Counted from the stretch's first letter, positions 27,067 through 38,150 are shown. The stretch: 64,000 nucleotides of DNA from an uncultured Fibrobacterota bacterium (GCA_963729895.1 CAVSQB010000007.1:26374-90373); one strand, 5' to 3'. The notes: a model not told the origin generated them from the letters alone. Program-made: numbers and translations.

Positions 27067-27131
27067 CGAAAAATCCTAAATAGCAACAGAACTCTCGAAT
27101 AAGGTATACAGGTCTTTCTAAAGGAGTCACC

Positions 27132-27440
27132 GTGCCGGGCGAAAGAATCAGAATCAGGCTCAAGTCGTTCGACCATAACATTCTCGACAAATCGACATCC
27201 GACATCGTGCGGACGGCCAAGGGTACCGGCGCCAGGATTTCCGGCCCCATCCCGTTGCCCACCGAGAAGTCGATTTATACCGTGCTGCGGTCGCCTCACG
27301 TCAACAAGAAGTCGCGGGAGCAGTTCGAGATCAGGATTCATAAACGGCTTATCGACATCCTCGAATCAACACCGCAGACGGTTGATTCCCTGATGAAACT
27401 CGATCTGCCTGCAGGGGTCGACGTCGAGATCAAGGTGTAA
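27132..27440 (+). CDS. rpsJ: 30S ribosomal protein S10
   Basis: [21 protein letters not shown]. Confidence 0.97.
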   Translation: MPGERIRIRLKSFDHNILDKSTSDIVRTAKGTGARISGPIPLPTEKSIYTVLRSPHVNKKSREQFEIRIHKRLIDILESTPQTVDSLMKLDLPAGVDVEIKV

Positions 27441-27444
27441 TTGA

Positions 27445-27541
27445 CCGCCTCACCTTATCTCCCCCACCCCTCTTCCCCTCTCCTTTGTAAGGAGAGGGGA
27501 AGAGGGGTGGCCCAAAGGGCCGGGGTAAAGGGGTGAGGCGG
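27445..27541. repeat. Long palindromic REP-like repeat
   Basis: CCGCCTCACC...CCCCTCTTCCCCTCTCCTT...AAGGAGAGGGGAAGAGGGG...GGTGAGGCGG. Confidence 0.85.
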
Positions 27542-27579
27542 CGACCAAAGTTACTCATAACTGTTGAATGGATATCATT

Positions 27580-28212
27580 ATGCAAGGAATTATCGGGAAG
27601 AAAATCGGAATGACGCAGGTATTTGCCGCCGACACGGGCAGATACGTCCCGGTCACCGTGATTCAGGCCGGACCGAATGTCGTGCATCAGGTGAAAACCG
27701 TCGAAGCCGACGGCTACCGGGCGGTGCAGCTCGGGTTCGACGTCGTTTCCGACAAGAAGATCACCAAACCGCTTGCGGGCCATTTCAAGAAGCACAATTC
27801 CACGCCCACGCGGGTCATCAAGGAATTCGACCTCGATTCGCCCGAGGAGAGCGTGACGCCCGGACAGAAGATCGGTGTGGAAGTGCTCGAGAACATCAAG
27901 TTCGTCAATGTCGTGGGCGTCTCCAAGGGCCGCGGCTTTACGGGCGGCGTCAAACGGCACAATTTTCAGCGCGGCCGCGAGACGCACGGAAGCAAGGCGC
28001 ACCGCCAACGCGGATCCTCCGGGGCCAATACAACACCCGGCCATGTCTGGAAGGGCCTCCGCATGGAAGGCCAGTACGGCAACGAACAGGTTACCGTCCG
28101 CAACCTGGAAGTGGTGGCGCTCGACAAGGAGGCAGGGCTCGTTCTCATCAGGGGCGCGGTGCCCGGCCCGAACAAAGGAATCGTTTTTATCAACAAGGTC
28201 ATCAAGAAATAG
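27580..28212 (+). CDS. rplC: 50S ribosomal protein L3
   Basis: GKKIGMTQ, SKGRGF, GAVPG. Confidence 0.96.
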   Translation: MQGIIGKKIGMTQVFAADTGRYVPVTVIQAGPNVVHQVKTVEADGYRAVQLGFDVVSDKKITKPLAGHFKKHNSTPTRVIKEFDLDSPEESVTPGQKIGVEVLENIKFVNVVGVSKGRGFTGGVKRHNFQRGRETHGSKAHRQRGSSGANTTPGHVWKGLRMEGQYGNEQVTVRNLEVVALDKEAGLVLIRGAVPGPNKGIVFINKVIKK

Positions 28213-28236
28213 CAGCTTTGTAAAGGCGCAGTACAC

Positions 28237-28866
28237 ATGAAAGCCAAAGTGTTTTATCAGGACGGAACAGTGAAGGGCGAAATAGACCTTGCCGACAGCG
28301 TCTTTAACGCGGACGTCAACGAGCAGGTGATGTACCTGGTTGTCAAGACGTATCTCGCAAACCGGCGCCAGGGCACGGCCAAGACAAAGGGCAGGAGTGA
28401 GGTAAGCGGCGGCGGGCGAAAACCGTGGAAACAGAAGCACACGGGCAACGCGCGCGCCGGCTCCAACACCTCGCCTTTGTGGGTGCGCGGCGGAAAGGCG
28501 TTCGGGCCATCTCCGCGGAATTACTACCGCTCCATTCCCAAAACGATGCGAAAGGTCGCCCTCACGTCGGCCCTGTCGTCCCGGGCGAAGGAAGATAAGA
28601 TTGCCGTGGTGTCGGGCATCACCTGCGACGCTCCCAAGACAAAGACCGTCGCCGCAATGCTCAACGCGCTTGCGCTCGGCGGAAAGAGAACCCTGCTCGT
28701 CATCGATCTGGCAAGCAGGAACGTTTACCTCTCGGGCAGGAACATAAAGAACCTTACCGTAAAACCGGTTTCCGAAATCAATGCCTACGACGTGTTGAAC
28801 AACGATGCCATTGTTTTCGGGTCCGAAGAGATTGTCAAGAAGATCGAGGAGGCCGCGGCACTGTGA
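28237..28866 (+). CDS. rplD: 50S ribosomal protein L4
   Basis: [24 protein letters not shown]. Confidence 0.96.
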   Translation: MKAKVFYQDGTVKGEIDLADSVFNADVNEQVMYLVVKTYLANRRQGTAKTKGRSEVSGGGRKPWKQKHTGNARAGSNTSPLWVRGGKAFGPSPRNYYRSIPKTMRKVALTSALSSRAKEDKIAVVSGITCDAPKTKTVAAMLNALALGGKRTLLVIDLASRNVYLSGRNIKNLTVKPVSEINAYDVLNNDAIVFGSEEIVKKIEEAAAL

Positions 28867-29153
28867 GCACCTATCATTCCATCATACGCTATCCCTCCAT
28901 TACCGAGAAGAACACCCAGCTGAGGACCGCGCAGAACAAATACGTCTTCGAAGTTCTGCCCAAGGCCACCAAGCCGCAGATCAAGGAGGCGGTGGAAAAG
29001 CTGTTCGGCGTCAAGGTGCTCGCGGTGAATACCATGGTCGTGAAGGGGAAACTCAAACGCCAGGGACGGACGTCCGGCTACCGGTCCGACTGGAAAAAGG
29101 CGATTGTCAAGCTGGCCGCAGGCCAGACGATCAGCAAGTTCGGGGAAGTGTAA
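28863..29153 (+). CDS. rplW: 50S ribosomal protein L23
   Basis: [22 protein letters not shown]. Confidence 0.95.
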   Translation: MSTYHSIIRYPSITEKNTQLRTAQNKYVFEVLPKATKPQIKEAVEKLFGVKVLAVNTMVVKGKLKRQGRTSGYRSDWKKAIVKLAAGQTISKFGEV

Positions 29154-29154
29154 C

Positions 29155-29256
29155 TCACCGCCTCACCTCATCATCCCCGACCCCTCTTCCCCTCTCCTTG
29201 CCAAGGAGAGGGGAAGAGGGGTGCCCGAAGGGCCGGGTGTTGGGGTGAGGCGGTGA
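29155..29256. repeat. Long palindromic REP-like repeat
   Basis: TCACCGCCTCACC...central palindrome...GGTGAGGCGGTGA. Confidence 0.85.
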
Positions 29257-29293
29257 CGAAAAACAACAGAAACAACGTTTTTTCGGAGCTACT

Positions 29294-30121
29294 ATGGCAC
29301 TCAAGACATTCAGACCGCTCACGCCGGTCCTTCGGTACAAGACCAGTATCGACTATTCGCAGTTGACAACAGACGCGCCGTACGCACCGCTCTGCGTTTC
29401 CAAGAAGAGAATGGGCGGCCGCAACGCCGAAGGGCACATGACGGTGAGGCACCGCGGCGGCGGCAGCAAGAAATACTACAGGATCATCGATTTCAAACGG
29501 AACAAACGCGACATTGCCGGCGTTGTTGAGCAGATCGAGTACGATCCGAACCGCACCTGTTTCATAGCGCTTGTCAAATATGCCGACGGCGAACGCCGGT
29601 ACATCCTTGCCACGGCAAACATGAAAGTCGGGATGAAGGTGATGGCGGGCGAGACGTGCGAAATCGCCGAAGGCAATTGCATGCCCCTCGCAAATATCCC
29701 GTCGGGAACCATGGTGCACAATGTCGAGCTCAAGCAGGGGAAAGGCGGCCAGATGGCCAGGTCCGCCGGCGCCTACGCGGAGATTGTCGCGCGCGAAAAC
29801 AACATGATTCAGCTGAGGCTTCCGTCCGGCGAAATCCGCAACGTCCGCGAGCGGTGCACGGCAACCATCGGCCAGGTAAGCAACATAGAGCACATGAACG
29901 TCGTTCTGGGTTCCGCCGGCCGCGCGCGCTGGCTCGGCATACGGCCGCATGTGCGCGGCATAGCCATGAACCCGGTCGACCATCCCATGGGCGGCGGCGA
30001 AGCCAAGTCCAAGGGCGGCAACCATCCGATGTCTCCGTGGGCCCAGAAGGCCAAGGGGCTCAAGACGCGGACCAAAAAGAAGCTGTCGAGCAAGTACATC
30101 ATCAGCAAGAGGACAAAATAG
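29294..30121 (+). CDS. rplB: 50S ribosomal protein L2
   Basis: IEYDPNRT, MNPVDHPMGGGE. Confidence 0.97.
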   Translation: MALKTFRPLTPVLRYKTSIDYSQLTTDAPYAPLCVSKKRMGGRNAEGHMTVRHRGGGSKKYYRIIDFKRNKRDIAGVVEQIEYDPNRTCFIALVKYADGERRYILATANMKVGMKVMAGETCEIAEGNCMPLANIPSGTMVHNVELKQGKGGQMARSAGAYAEIVARENNMIQLRLPSGEIRNVRERCTATIGQVSNIEHMNVVLGSAGRARWLGIRPHVRGIAMNPVDHPMGGGEAKSKGGNHPMSPWAQKAKGLKTRTKKKLSSKYIISKRTK

Positions 30122-30131
30122 AGAAAGACTT

Positions 30132-30225
30132 CGCCTCACCCCAACACCCCGCCCTTCGGGCACCCCTCTTCCCCTCTCCTTGGCAAGGAGAGGGGAAGAG
30201 GGGTCCGGGGAGATGGGGTGAGGCG
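30132..30225. repeat. Long palindromic REP-like repeat, inverted relative to the 29155 copy
   Basis: Near reverse complement of 29155..29256. Confidence 0.85.
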
Positions 30226-30267
30226 GGGTCGACGAAAAGGTAACAACAGGTATCAAGAGGAATCCAC

Positions 30268-30570
30268 ATGGCTCGTTCAATCAAAAAAGGCCCGTTTGTC
30301 GACGATCATCTCGCCAAGAAAGTTACGGAGATGAACACATCCGGACAGAAGAAAGTCCTCAAGACGTGGTCCAGGCGGTCGACAATTCTGCCCGAATTCG
30401 TGGGCCTTACCTTTGCGGTCCACAACGGGAACAAGTTCATTCCGGTGTACGTCACCGAGAACATGGTTGGACACAAGCTCGGCGAGTTTTCCCCCACGCG
30501 GACGTTCCGGGGGCACAGCGGACATATCAAGACCGACAAAGTGACGGAAGAAGCGCCGGCCGCGGCATAG
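30268..30570 (+). CDS. rpsS: 30S ribosomal protein S19
   Basis: [20 protein letters not shown]. Confidence 0.97.
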   Translation: MARSIKKGPFVDDHLAKKVTEMNTSGQKKVLKTWSRRSTILPEFVGLTFAVHNGNKFIPVYVTENMVGHKLGEFSPTRTFRGHSGHIKTDKVTEEAPAAA

Positions 30571-30607
30571 CCGCCGGTTCCAAAATGGAGTTCGGGGAGG
30601 AACAATC

Positions 30608-30949
30608 GTGGAAGCAGCAGCAACCTGCAAGTATCTCAGGAAGACCGCAAGAAAAGCGCGGCTCGTGGCCGATGAACTGCGCGGGAAAATGGTGGGCGAC
30701 GCGCTCAGCCTACTCGAATTCGGCATCAGGAAGACCGTTGCAAAGGATTTTTCCAAGGTAATCAAGTCCGCGGTGGCGAACCTGCAGCACAAGAACGCGG
30801 AAGCGCATGTCAACGTGGACGAATTGTTCATCAAGGAAATACAGGTGGGCGTCGGCCCCACGGCCAAACGGTTCCGGCCGCGCGCGCAAGGGCGGGCATA
30901 CCGGATCCTCAAGCGGAGTTGTCACATCAAAGTCGTCGTGTCGAATTGA
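30608..30949 (+). CDS. rplV: 50S ribosomal protein L22
   Basis: RKARLVADELRG, PRAQGRA. Confidence 0.95.
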   Translation: MEAAATCKYLRKTARKARLVADELRGKMVGDALSLLEFGIRKTVAKDFSKVIKSAVANLQHKNAEAHVNVDELFIKEIQVGVGPTAKRFRPRAQGRAYRILKRSCHIKVVVSN

Positions 30950-31074
30950 AGAACCCCGCCCCGGACATCGGGGGTTCTTCCGTGACCATGGAACAATTTC
31001 ATTTTGTATTCGCCCACTCCTCACGCACCACGGTGCATGGCGGGCGCGGGTTGTGTCGCTCAAGGGGGTAATAG

Positions 31075-31749
31075 TTGGGTCAGAAAACGAATCCAATCGG
31101 TTTACGGCTTGGCATCACCAGGTCCTGGCTCTCAAACTGGTACACCAAGGACAAGATGGCCGATTACATCTACGAAGATCTCCTTATCCGGAACTACCTC
31201 AGGAAGCGGCTTGATCACGGCGGCATTTCGTGCCTGGGGATTGAAAGGACGTCAAAGCGCGTCACCGTCGCCATCCACACCTCGCGTCCCGGCATCGTGA
31301 TCGGAAAGAAAGGCGAGGAAGTGGAACGGCTCAAGGGCGAGTTGCAGCACTTGACGCAGAAGGAAATTCAAATCAACATAAAAGAAGTGAAGAAGCCGGA
31401 AATGGACGCCCAGCTCGTGGGCGACAACATCGCGCGGCAGCTCGAAAAACGGGTATCGTACAAGAAGGCGATCAAGAAGTCGATCGCAACCGCGATTCGG
31501 ATGGGCGCGGAAGGGATCAAGATCGGCATCAGCGGCCGGCTCAACGGCGCGGAGATCGCGCGCCGCGAAACATTCAAGGAAGGGCGTATCCCGCTGCATA
31601 CCCTGCGCGCCGACATCGATTACGCGGGCTCAACCGCCATTACCACCTACGGAACCATCGGCGTCAAGGTGTGGATTTGCAAAGGCGAAGTGATCGACCG
31701 TGCCGAGAAGAACGCCCAGAAACAGAAAGAAGCCGCGCGCGCCGCGTAG
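31075..31749 (+). CDS. rpsC: 30S ribosomal protein S3
   Basis: [34 protein letters not shown]. Confidence 0.97.
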   Translation: MGQKTNPIGLRLGITRSWLSNWYTKDKMADYIYEDLLIRNYLRKRLDHGGISCLGIERTSKRVTVAIHTSRPGIVIGKKGEEVERLKGELQHLTQKEIQINIKEVKKPEMDAQLVGDNIARQLEKRVSYKKAIKKSIATAIRMGAEGIKIGISGRLNGAEIARRETFKEGRIPLHTLRADIDYAGSTAITTYGTIGVKVWICKGEVIDRAEKNAQKQKEAARAA

Positions 31750-31760
31750 GAGGATAGACC

Positions 31761-32171
31761 ATGTTAGCGCCCAAGAAGATAAAGTGGAGAAAGCAGCAGC
31801 GGGGCCGCATGCGGGGAAAGGCAACCCGGTGCAATGCCCTTGCATTCGGGGAATTCGGCCTGCAATCGATCCAGCCGGGATGGATCGACAGCAAGCAGAT
31901 CGAGGCCGCCCGTATCGCCATGGCACGTTTTCTCAAACGCGGCGGCAAGATTTTTATCCGCGTGTTTCCCGACAAACCGTATACCAAGCATCCCGCGGAG
32001 TCAAGAATGGGAAAGGGAAAGGGCGTTCCGGAAGGCTGGGTTGCTGTTGTCAAGCCCGGAACGGTGATGTTCGAGATGGCGGGCGTCAAGGCCGACGTGG
32101 CCAAGAAGGCCATCCGGCTCGCGTCGCAGAAACTCCCCATTCTCACGCGGTTCATCGAGATAGAAGAGTAG
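31761..32171 (+). CDS. rplP: 50S ribosomal protein L16
   Basis: [15 protein letters not shown]. Confidence 0.97.
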   Translation: MLAPKKIKWRKQQRGRMRGKATRCNALAFGEFGLQSIQPGWIDSKQIEAARIAMARFLKRGGKIFIRVFPDKPYTKHPAESRMGKGKGVPEGWVAVVKPGTVMFEMAGVKADVAKKAIRLASQKLPILTRFIEIEE

Positions 32172-32180
32172 GATCATACC

Positions 32181-32405
32181 ATGAAAACACACGAATTACG
32201 CCAGCTGGGGCTCAAGGAACTCGCCGAAAAGGCCGCCGGCCTCGAAGAGGAGATTTTCAACCTGCGGTTCCAGGCGAAGATGGGGCAGCTTTCCAATCCG
32301 CTCCGCCTGCGGATCGTGCGCAAGGACATTGCTCGCACCAAGACGGTGCTCACCGAAAAGAAACGCGGCGAAAAGACGGCGGCGCCCAAAGAACCATCGA
32401 AGTAA
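32181..32405 (+). CDS. rpmC: 50S ribosomal protein L29
   Basis: FNLRFQ, RKDIARTKT. Confidence 0.94.
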   Translation: MKTHELRQLGLKELAEKAAGLEEEIFNLRFQAKMGQLSNPLRLRIVRKDIARTKTVLTEKKRGEKTAAPKEPSK

Positions 32406-32414
32406 GAGGTACGA

Positions 32415-32672
32415 ATGGCAGATCGGAACATGAGGAAATCGAGAGTCGGGGTCGTGATCAGCGACAAGATGGACAAGACGGTCATCGTGAGCGTCGAACG
32501 CAGCTATATCCACACGCAATACGGAAAGACCATCCGCAAGAACAAGAAATACGTCGCCCACGACGAAAAAGACGAATGCGCCATGGGAGACATCGTGAGC
32601 ATCGTGGAGACGCGGCCCCTGTCCAAAACCAAGCGGTGGCGCGTGAGCGAAATACTGACAAAAGCGAAATAA
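32415..32672 (+). CDS. rpsQ: 30S ribosomal protein S17
   Basis: [19 protein letters not shown]. Confidence 0.96.
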   Translation: MADRNMRKSRVGVVISDKMDKTVIVSVERSYIHTQYGKTIRKNKKYVAHDEKDECAMGDIVSIVETRPLSKTKRWRVSEILTKAK

Positions 32673-32706
32673 CCGGTATCGACTCCATCAGCATGATGAG
32701 GACACC

Positions 32707-33075
32707 ATGATTCAGGTACAAACCAGACTGAATGTTGCGGACAACTCCGGGGCCAAGCAGGTGCAGTGCATCAGGATCCTCGGCGCAACCCGGCGGCGTT
32801 ACGCCTACGTGGGAGACGTCATTATCGTTTCTGTCAAGAGCGCGCTCCCCAACACCGCCGTCAAGAAGGGCGAAGTGGCGCGGGCGGTCATCGTGCGCAC
32901 CACCAAGGAGTGGGGCCGCAGGGACGGCACCTACATCAGGTTCAGCGACAACGCGGCTGTCTTGATAAACGATACAAACGAGCCGCGCGGCACGCGCATC
33001 TTCGGGCCCGTGGCCCGGGAACTGCGCGACAAGCAGTTCATGCGCATCGTATCGCTTGCACCGGAAGTTCTGTAA
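32707..33075 (+). CDS. rplN: 50S ribosomal protein L14
   Basis: [21 protein letters not shown]. Confidence 0.97.
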   Translation: MIQVQTRLNVADNSGAKQVQCIRILGATRRRYAYVGDVIIVSVKSALPNTAVKKGEVARAVIVRTTKEWGRRDGTYIRFSDNAAVLINDTNEPRGTRIFGPVARELRDKQFMRIVSLAPEVL

Positions 33076-33091
33076 CAAGGGAGAATGTGCC

Positions 33092-33409
33092 ATGCCGCTT
33101 CGCTTGAGGAAAAACGACACGGTGATGATCGTGTCGGGAGACAATAAAGGACAAACGGGACGCATCATCAAAGTGCTGCCGGGAAAGAACCGTGCGGTGG
33201 TTGAGGCCAAGAACATGGTAAAGCGCCACACCAAGCCCAGCCGGAAAGTGCAGCAGGGCGGCATCATAGAGAAAGAAGCGTCCATTCACCTGTCCAATCT
33301 CATGCTGCTCTGCCCCAAGACGGGCAAGGCGACGCGCGTGGGCATGCGGATACTTGACACAGGAAAAAGAGTGCGGTTTTCCAAAAAGGCCAAGGAGTTG
33401 ATCGATTGA
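33092..33409 (+). CDS. rplX: 50S ribosomal protein L24
   Basis: KOW motif, [14 protein letters not shown]. Confidence 0.94.
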   Translation: MPLRLRKNDTVMIVSGDNKGQTGRIIKVLPGKNRAVVEAKNMVKRHTKPSRKVQQGGIIEKEASIHLSNLMLLCPKTGKATRVGMRILDTGKRVRFSKKAKELID

Positions 33410-33969
33410 GCACCGACAAAAAGAAGAAATTGCCACGGATGCAGGAATTCTACCAGACCACGGTGGTTCCCGCCCTCATGACCAAGTACGGCCTGAAGAA
33501 CGTCATGCAGGCGCCCCGGCTCGACAAGATCGTGCTGAACATGGGCGTCGGCAAGGCGATCCAGGATTCAAAGCTTATCGACGAGGCGGCTGGCGTGCTG
33601 CAGAACATCAGCGGCCAGAAACCCATCATCACCAGGGCGAAGAAGGCGATATCCAATTTCAAGCTGCGCAAGAACCTCGCCATCGGCGTCAAGGTGACGC
33701 TCCGCGGGGACCGGATGTACGAATTTTTCGACAGGCTCGTCTCCGTCACCATGCCGCGCATCCGCGATTTCAAGGGCATTTCCCGCAAGTCGTTCGACGG
33801 GCACGGCAACTACACGCTCGGCATCAAGGAACAGATCGTGTTTGCGGAGGTCGACCGCGACAAGATAACCAATATCACCGGTCTTGACGTATGCATATGC
33901 ACCACGGCCGGCAAAGACGATCTCGGGCTCGCCCTGCTCGAAGAACTGGGCATGCCGTTCCGGAAATAG
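33406..33969 (+). CDS. rplE: 50S ribosomal protein L5
   Basis: KIVLNMGVG, PRIRDFKG, FDGHGNY. Confidence 0.96.
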   Translation: MSTDKKKKLPRMQEFYQTTVVPALMTKYGLKNVMQAPRLDKIVLNMGVGKAIQDSKLIDEAAGVLQNISGQKPIITRAKKAISNFKLRKNLAIGVKVTLRGDRMYEFFDRLVSVTMPRIRDFKGISRKSFDGHGNYTLGIKEQIVFAEVDRDKITNITGLDVCICTTAGKDDLGLALLEELGMPFRK

Positions 33970-33996
33970 GGTCATTCACATAAGGGAGATTCGAGA

Positions 33997-34182
33997 GTGG
34001 CACGAAAAGCAATGATGGAAAAATGCAGGAAGACCGCCAAGTTCACAACGCGGGCCTACAACCGTTGCCGGCGGTGCGGCCGCCAGCGCGGATACCTGCG
34101 CCGGTTCGGCCTGTGCAGGATCTGCTTCAGGCAAATGGCCCTTAACGGGCTGATACCCGGCGTGGTGAAGGCGAGCTGGTAA
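33997..34182 (+). CDS. rpsN: 30S ribosomal protein S14, Zn-binding type Z
   Basis: 61 aa, RCRRCGR...GLCRICFR. Confidence 0.95.
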   Translation: MARKAMMEKCRKTAKFTTRAYNRCRRCGRQRGYLRRFGLCRICFRQMALNGLIPGVVKASW

Positions 34183-34230
34183 CCAGCGGTTGTTCGATTC
34201 GGAAAACGCGGTAATGAAGGGGAATAAGGC

Positions 34231-34623
34231 ATGACGGATCAGATTGCTGACATGTTCACAAGGGTCAGAAACGCGATACAGGCCAAGAAGCGAACGGTGA
34301 GTATTCCGGCTTCCAACCTGAAGAAGGAAGTGACGCGGCTCCTGTTTGAAAATCATTTCGTTTCGAAATACGCTTTTGTCGACGACGGCGGGCAGGGCGT
34401 CATCAAGATCCTTCTCAAGTACGACGCAAAGATGCAGAATGCCATTCAGGGGATCAAACGGGTGAGCACGCCGGGGCTCAGAAAATACGAACGGGTGTCG
34501 GGCGTTCCCAAGGTACTGAGCGGCATGGGCGTGGCAATCGTCTCAACGTCCAAGGGCCTGATGACCGATGCCGATTGCAGGAAATTGAACATCGGGGGCG
34601 AAGTGCTCGGCATCGTCTGGTAA
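34231..34623 (+). CDS. rpsH: 30S ribosomal protein S8
   Basis: DQIADMFTRVRNA, STSKGLMT, IGGEVL. Confidence 0.96.
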   Translation: MTDQIADMFTRVRNAIQAKKRTVSIPASNLKKEVTRLLFENHFVSKYAFVDDGGQGVIKILLKYDAKMQNAIQGIKRVSTPGLRKYERVSGVPKVLSGMGVAIVSTSKGLMTDADCRKLNIGGEVLGIVW

Positions 34624-34672
34624 GTAAATAGAAGTTCCCCTTAATCTTCAGTTTTAAACAGGGAGTTTTTCA

Positions 34673-35213
34673 TTGTCTCGCATAGGTAAAAAACCGGTTC
34701 CGATTCCCAAGGGAGTCGAGGTCAAGATAGACGGCGCTGCAATCTCGGTAAAGGGCCCCAAGGGAACCCTTACCGCTTCGGTGCATCCCGGAATCAAGAT
34801 TGCCGTGGAAAACAACGCGATCCATTGCACGGGAGATATTGCCGACCGGGTGTCCAAGTCGGTGTGGGGCCTGTGGCGGGTCCTCATTTTCAACATGGTT
34901 GAAGGCGTGACCACCGGCTACAGGAAGACCCTCGACATTCAGGGCGTGGGCTACAAGGCCGAGAATGAAGGGAAAAGACCTCAACATCGCCGTCGGTTAT
35001 TCTCACCCCGTCCTCATCAAGCCTCTGGACGGCATCAGTTTCAGGACCGAGACCGCCACACGAATCATCGTTGAGGGAATCGACAAACAGACCGTGGGCC
35101 AGGTGACCGCGGATATCCGCCTTATCCGGGGCCCGGAACCGTACAAGGGCAAGGGCATCAGGTATCTGGACGAACATGTCCGCCGCAAGGTGGGCAAGGC
35201 CGCGGGCAAGTAA
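34673..35213 (+). CDS. rplF: 50S ribosomal protein L6, apparent 1-nt insertion frameshift near 34964
   Basis: MSRIGKKP...QGVGYKAE in one frame and MKGKDL...[11 protein letters not shown] in another. GAGAATGAAG has one extra A. Confidence 0.93.
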
Positions 35214-35239
35214 ACCGAGCGGGAGACGAGGACAGCCTT

Positions 35240-35608
35240 ATGATCAGGAAACTAGACAAACGGCAAAAGCGGGCGGTGCGGATACGCAAGAAGATCTCGG
35301 GTACGTCGGCCAGGCCGAGGCTGTGCGTGCGGCGGAGCCTGTGCCACATCTACGCCCAGATCGTCGATGACGTAACCGGCGCATCGCTTGTCCAGACCGG
35401 CAGCACGTCCAAGGAGATCGCCGGGAAAATCGTCGACAAGAAGAAGACCTCCAAGACCGACGTGGCAAGGCTGGTGGGCGAGCTTGTGGCCGAAAAGGCG
35501 AAGGAAAAAGGCATAGAAAAAATCGTGTTCGACAGAAAAGGGTACGCCTATCACGGCCGGGTAAAGGCGCTTGCCGAAGCGGCGCGCAAAAAAGGACTGC
35601 AGTTCTAG
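35240..35608 (+). CDS. rplR: 50S ribosomal protein L18
   Basis: [25 protein letters not shown]. Confidence 0.96.
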   Translation: MIRKLDKRQKRAVRIRKKISGTSARPRLCVRRSLCHIYAQIVDDVTGASLVQTGSTSKEIAGKIVDKKKTSKTDVARLVGELVAEKAKEKGIEKIVFDRKGYAYHGRVKALAEAARKKGLQF

Positions 35609-35614
35609 CGCATT

Positions 35615-36136
35615 GTGGAAAGGGGACATCAGTTGGATCACGAAGGAAAAATGACGGGCGGGGGCGAAGAGTCGAAGCTCGTTGACAGACTGATAGCGGT
35701 CACCAGGGTCGCAAAAGTCGTCAAAGGCGGGCGCAGGTTCGGGTTCAACGCGCTCGTGGCGGTCGGCGACTCCGCGGGAACGGTTGGCATCGGCATGGGG
35801 AAGGCAAACGACGTGACCGACGCAATACGCAAGGCGGTCGAAAATGCGAAGAAGAATCTCTGTACCGTCAGCATCGTGCACGGCACCATTCCCCACGAGA
35901 TCGTGGGCGAATTCGGGGCGGGCAGGATCCTTCTGAAACCCGCGGGTCCCGGTACCGGCGTCATCGCCGGAGGGCCGGCGCGCGCCGTGCTCGAACTGGT
36001 GGGTGTGCACAACATCCTTACCAAATGCATCGGCACCACCAATGCGCACAATGTGGTGAAGGCGACAATGGACGGCCTCCTCAGGCTCAAGACACGGAAC
36101 CAGATCAACCAGCTCCGCCAGATAGTGGCGCAATAA
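35615..36136 (+). CDS. rpsE: 30S ribosomal protein S5 (start may be 35633 or 35651)
   Basis: [20 protein letters not shown]. Confidence 0.96.
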   Translation: MERGHQLDHEGKMTGGGEESKLVDRLIAVTRVAKVVKGGRRFGFNALVAVGDSAGTVGIGMGKANDVTDAIRKAVENAKKNLCTVSIVHGTIPHEIVGEFGAGRILLKPAGPGTGVIAGGPARAVLELVGVHNILTKCIGTTNAHNVVKATMDGLLRLKTRNQINQLRQIVAQ

Positions 36137-36149
36137 ACGGCAGGGAACC

Positions 36150-36344
36150 ATGGCAAAGAAACTGCGGATCGAACAGGTGAGCAGCGATATCGGAAACATG
36201 GCGGCGCAAAAACGGACGCTCAGGGCGCTCGGACTGCGGCGCATCAGGCACGCAAAGGTCTACAACGATTCGCCGGCCCTCCGCGGCATGATCGAGACCG
36301 TCAAGCATATTGTAAAGGTCGAAGAAGTCAAGGAAGGCGGCTAA
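36150..36344 (+). CDS. rpmD: 50S ribosomal protein L30
   Basis: TLRALGLRRI, RGMI, gene order. Confidence 0.93.
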   Translation: MAKKLRIEQVSSDIGNMAAQKRTLRALGLRRIRHAKVYNDSPALRGMIETVKHIVKVEEVKEGG

Positions 36345-36346
36345 TC

Positions 36347-36802
36347 ATGTTCAGAATGAATGAACTGCGGCCGGCGGAAGGTTCCACCAGGGATTCCAAG
36401 CGCCGCGGCCGGGGTACGGGATCGGGCAACGGAAAGACGGCGGGCCGGGGGCACAAGGGTGCGGGTTCGCGTTCGGGAACAAAGAAAAAGCTGTATTTTG
36501 AAGGCGGCCAGACGCCGCTCACCCGGAGGATTCCCAAACGGGGATTCGTGAATATTTTCAAGAAGAGATACCAGATTGTCAACGTCGGCGATATTGTCAA
36601 AAAGGAACCTCAGGACAAGGAAGTCACCGCCGAATGGCTGCACGCCAACGGCCTCATCCGCTCCGCAACGGAGCCGGTAAAGATCCTCGGAAACGGCGAC
36701 TGTGCAAAAAGCATCGTGGTAAAGGCCGACTCCTTTTCAAAATCGGCCCGCGAAAAAATCGAAAAAGCAAAAGGGAAAGCTGAGGTAGTGGCGCGTGCTT
36801 GA
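36347..36802 (+). CDS. rplO: 50S ribosomal protein L15
   Basis: GRGTGSGNGKTAGRGHKG, FEGGQTPL. Confidence 0.96.
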   Translation: MFRMNELRPAEGSTRDSKRRGRGTGSGNGKTAGRGHKGAGSRSGTKKKLYFEGGQTPLTRRIPKRGFVNIFKKRYQIVNVGDIVKKEPQDKEVTAEWLHANGLIRSATEPVKILGNGDCAKSIVVKADSFSKSAREKIEKAKGKAEVVARA

Positions 36803-38120
36803 TACCTTTAAGAACGTCTTTCGGATTCCCGACCTCCGGAAGAAGGTATTGTTTACCCTGATGATCATCTTTATCTACCGGATCGGCGGCCACATTCCGA
36901 CGCCGGGGATCAATTCGGGCGTTCTTGCCGAGTTCTGGAGCCAGTCCCGCAACACCCTGTTCGGGCTCTACGACATGTTCGTGGGAGGCGCGTTCGGCAA
37001 GGCCACCGTGTTTGCCATGGGCGTCATGCCGTATATCAGCGCGTCCATTATCATCCAGCTGCTCGCCACCGTGTTTCCGTATTTTCACAAACTGCAGCGG
37101 GAAGGCGGCGAGGGAAGAAAGAAAATAACGCAGTACACCCGGTACGGCACCGTCCTTCTCTCATTTGTCCAGGCTGTCGGCGTGAGCGTGTTTCTCCAGA
37201 GCATCGTTTCGCCCACCACCGGACAGCATGCGGTGCTGCCCGCCATTGCGGGCCCCGTGTTCACGTTTGTCACTGCAATCAGCCTCACCACCGGCACCGT
37301 GTTCATCATGTGGCTGGGCGAGCAGATAACCAACAGGGGAATCGGCAACGGCATCTCATTCATCATATTCATAGGGATCGTCGACCGGATTCCCACCGCC
37401 GTGTTCGGGGAGGTCCAGCAGCTTACCGCCGGTACGCGGAACCTGTTCGTCGAGGTGTTCGTGCTGGGCATCATCTTCCTCATGACCGCATTCATCGTGC
37501 TGATGACACAGGCCACGCGCCGCATTCCCATCCAGACTCCCAAGAAGGTGGTGGGGACAAAGATGTACGCCGGCCAGAACACCGTGCTGCCGCTGCGCGT
37601 GAACATGGCGGGCGTCATCCCGATTATTTTCGCATCGTCGCTCATGTTCCTGCCGAGCATGCTCAAGAACTTCTTTCCCGAATCGCAAGTGATGGAAGAC
37701 TTTACCAACCTGTTCCTGCCCGGCCGGCCCGTGCACGACGCCCTCTACGCGCTCCTGATAGTCTTTTTCACCTATTTCTATACCGCCATCATTTTCAACC
37801 CGATGGACATAGCCGACAACCTCAAGAAATCGGGCGGCTTCGTGCCCGGCATCAGGCCCGGCAAGAAAACGGCGGAATTCCTCGACACGGTGCTCACGCG
37901 GATCACCCTGCCCGGGTCGGTCTTTCTGGCGTTTGTCGCGGTCGTCCCTTTTCTCATCATGGGGCTCTTCAACGTCTCGTTTTACTTCGGCGGCACGAGC
38001 GTCCTCATCGTCGTCGGCGTCGCTCTCGACACCCTGCAGCAGCTCGAATATCATTTGCAAATGCATAACTACGAGGGGTTCCTCAAAAAAGGCCGGCTGC
38101 GCGGCAGGCGCTATTACTAG
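36795..38120 (+). CDS. secY: Preprotein translocase subunit SecY
   Basis: GVMPYISASII, WLGEQIT, GIGNGIS, PGIRPG, GGTSVLI. Confidence 0.97.
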   Translation: MLDTFKNVFRIPDLRKKVLFTLMIIFIYRIGGHIPTPGINSGVLAEFWSQSRNTLFGLYDMFVGGAFGKATVFAMGVMPYISASIIIQLLATVFPYFHKLQREGGEGRKKITQYTRYGTVLLSFVQAVGVSVFLQSIVSPTTGQHAVLPAIAGPVFTFVTAISLTTGTVFIMWLGEQITNRGIGNGISFIIFIGIVDRIPTAVFGEVQQLTAGTRNLFVEVFVLGIIFLMTAFIVLMTQATRRIPIQTPKKVVGTKMYAGQNTVLPLRVNMAGVIPIIFASSLMFLPSMLKNFFPESQVMEDFTNLFLPGRPVHDALYALLIVFFTYFYTAIIFNPMDIADNLKKSGGFVPGIRPGKKTAEFLDTVLTRITLPGSVFLAFVAVVPFLIMGLFNVSFYFGGTSVLIVVGVALDTLQQLEYHLQMHNYEGFLKKGRLRGRRYY

Positions 38121-38150
38121 ATATCAATCGGACGGGGTGCACACAAGTCT

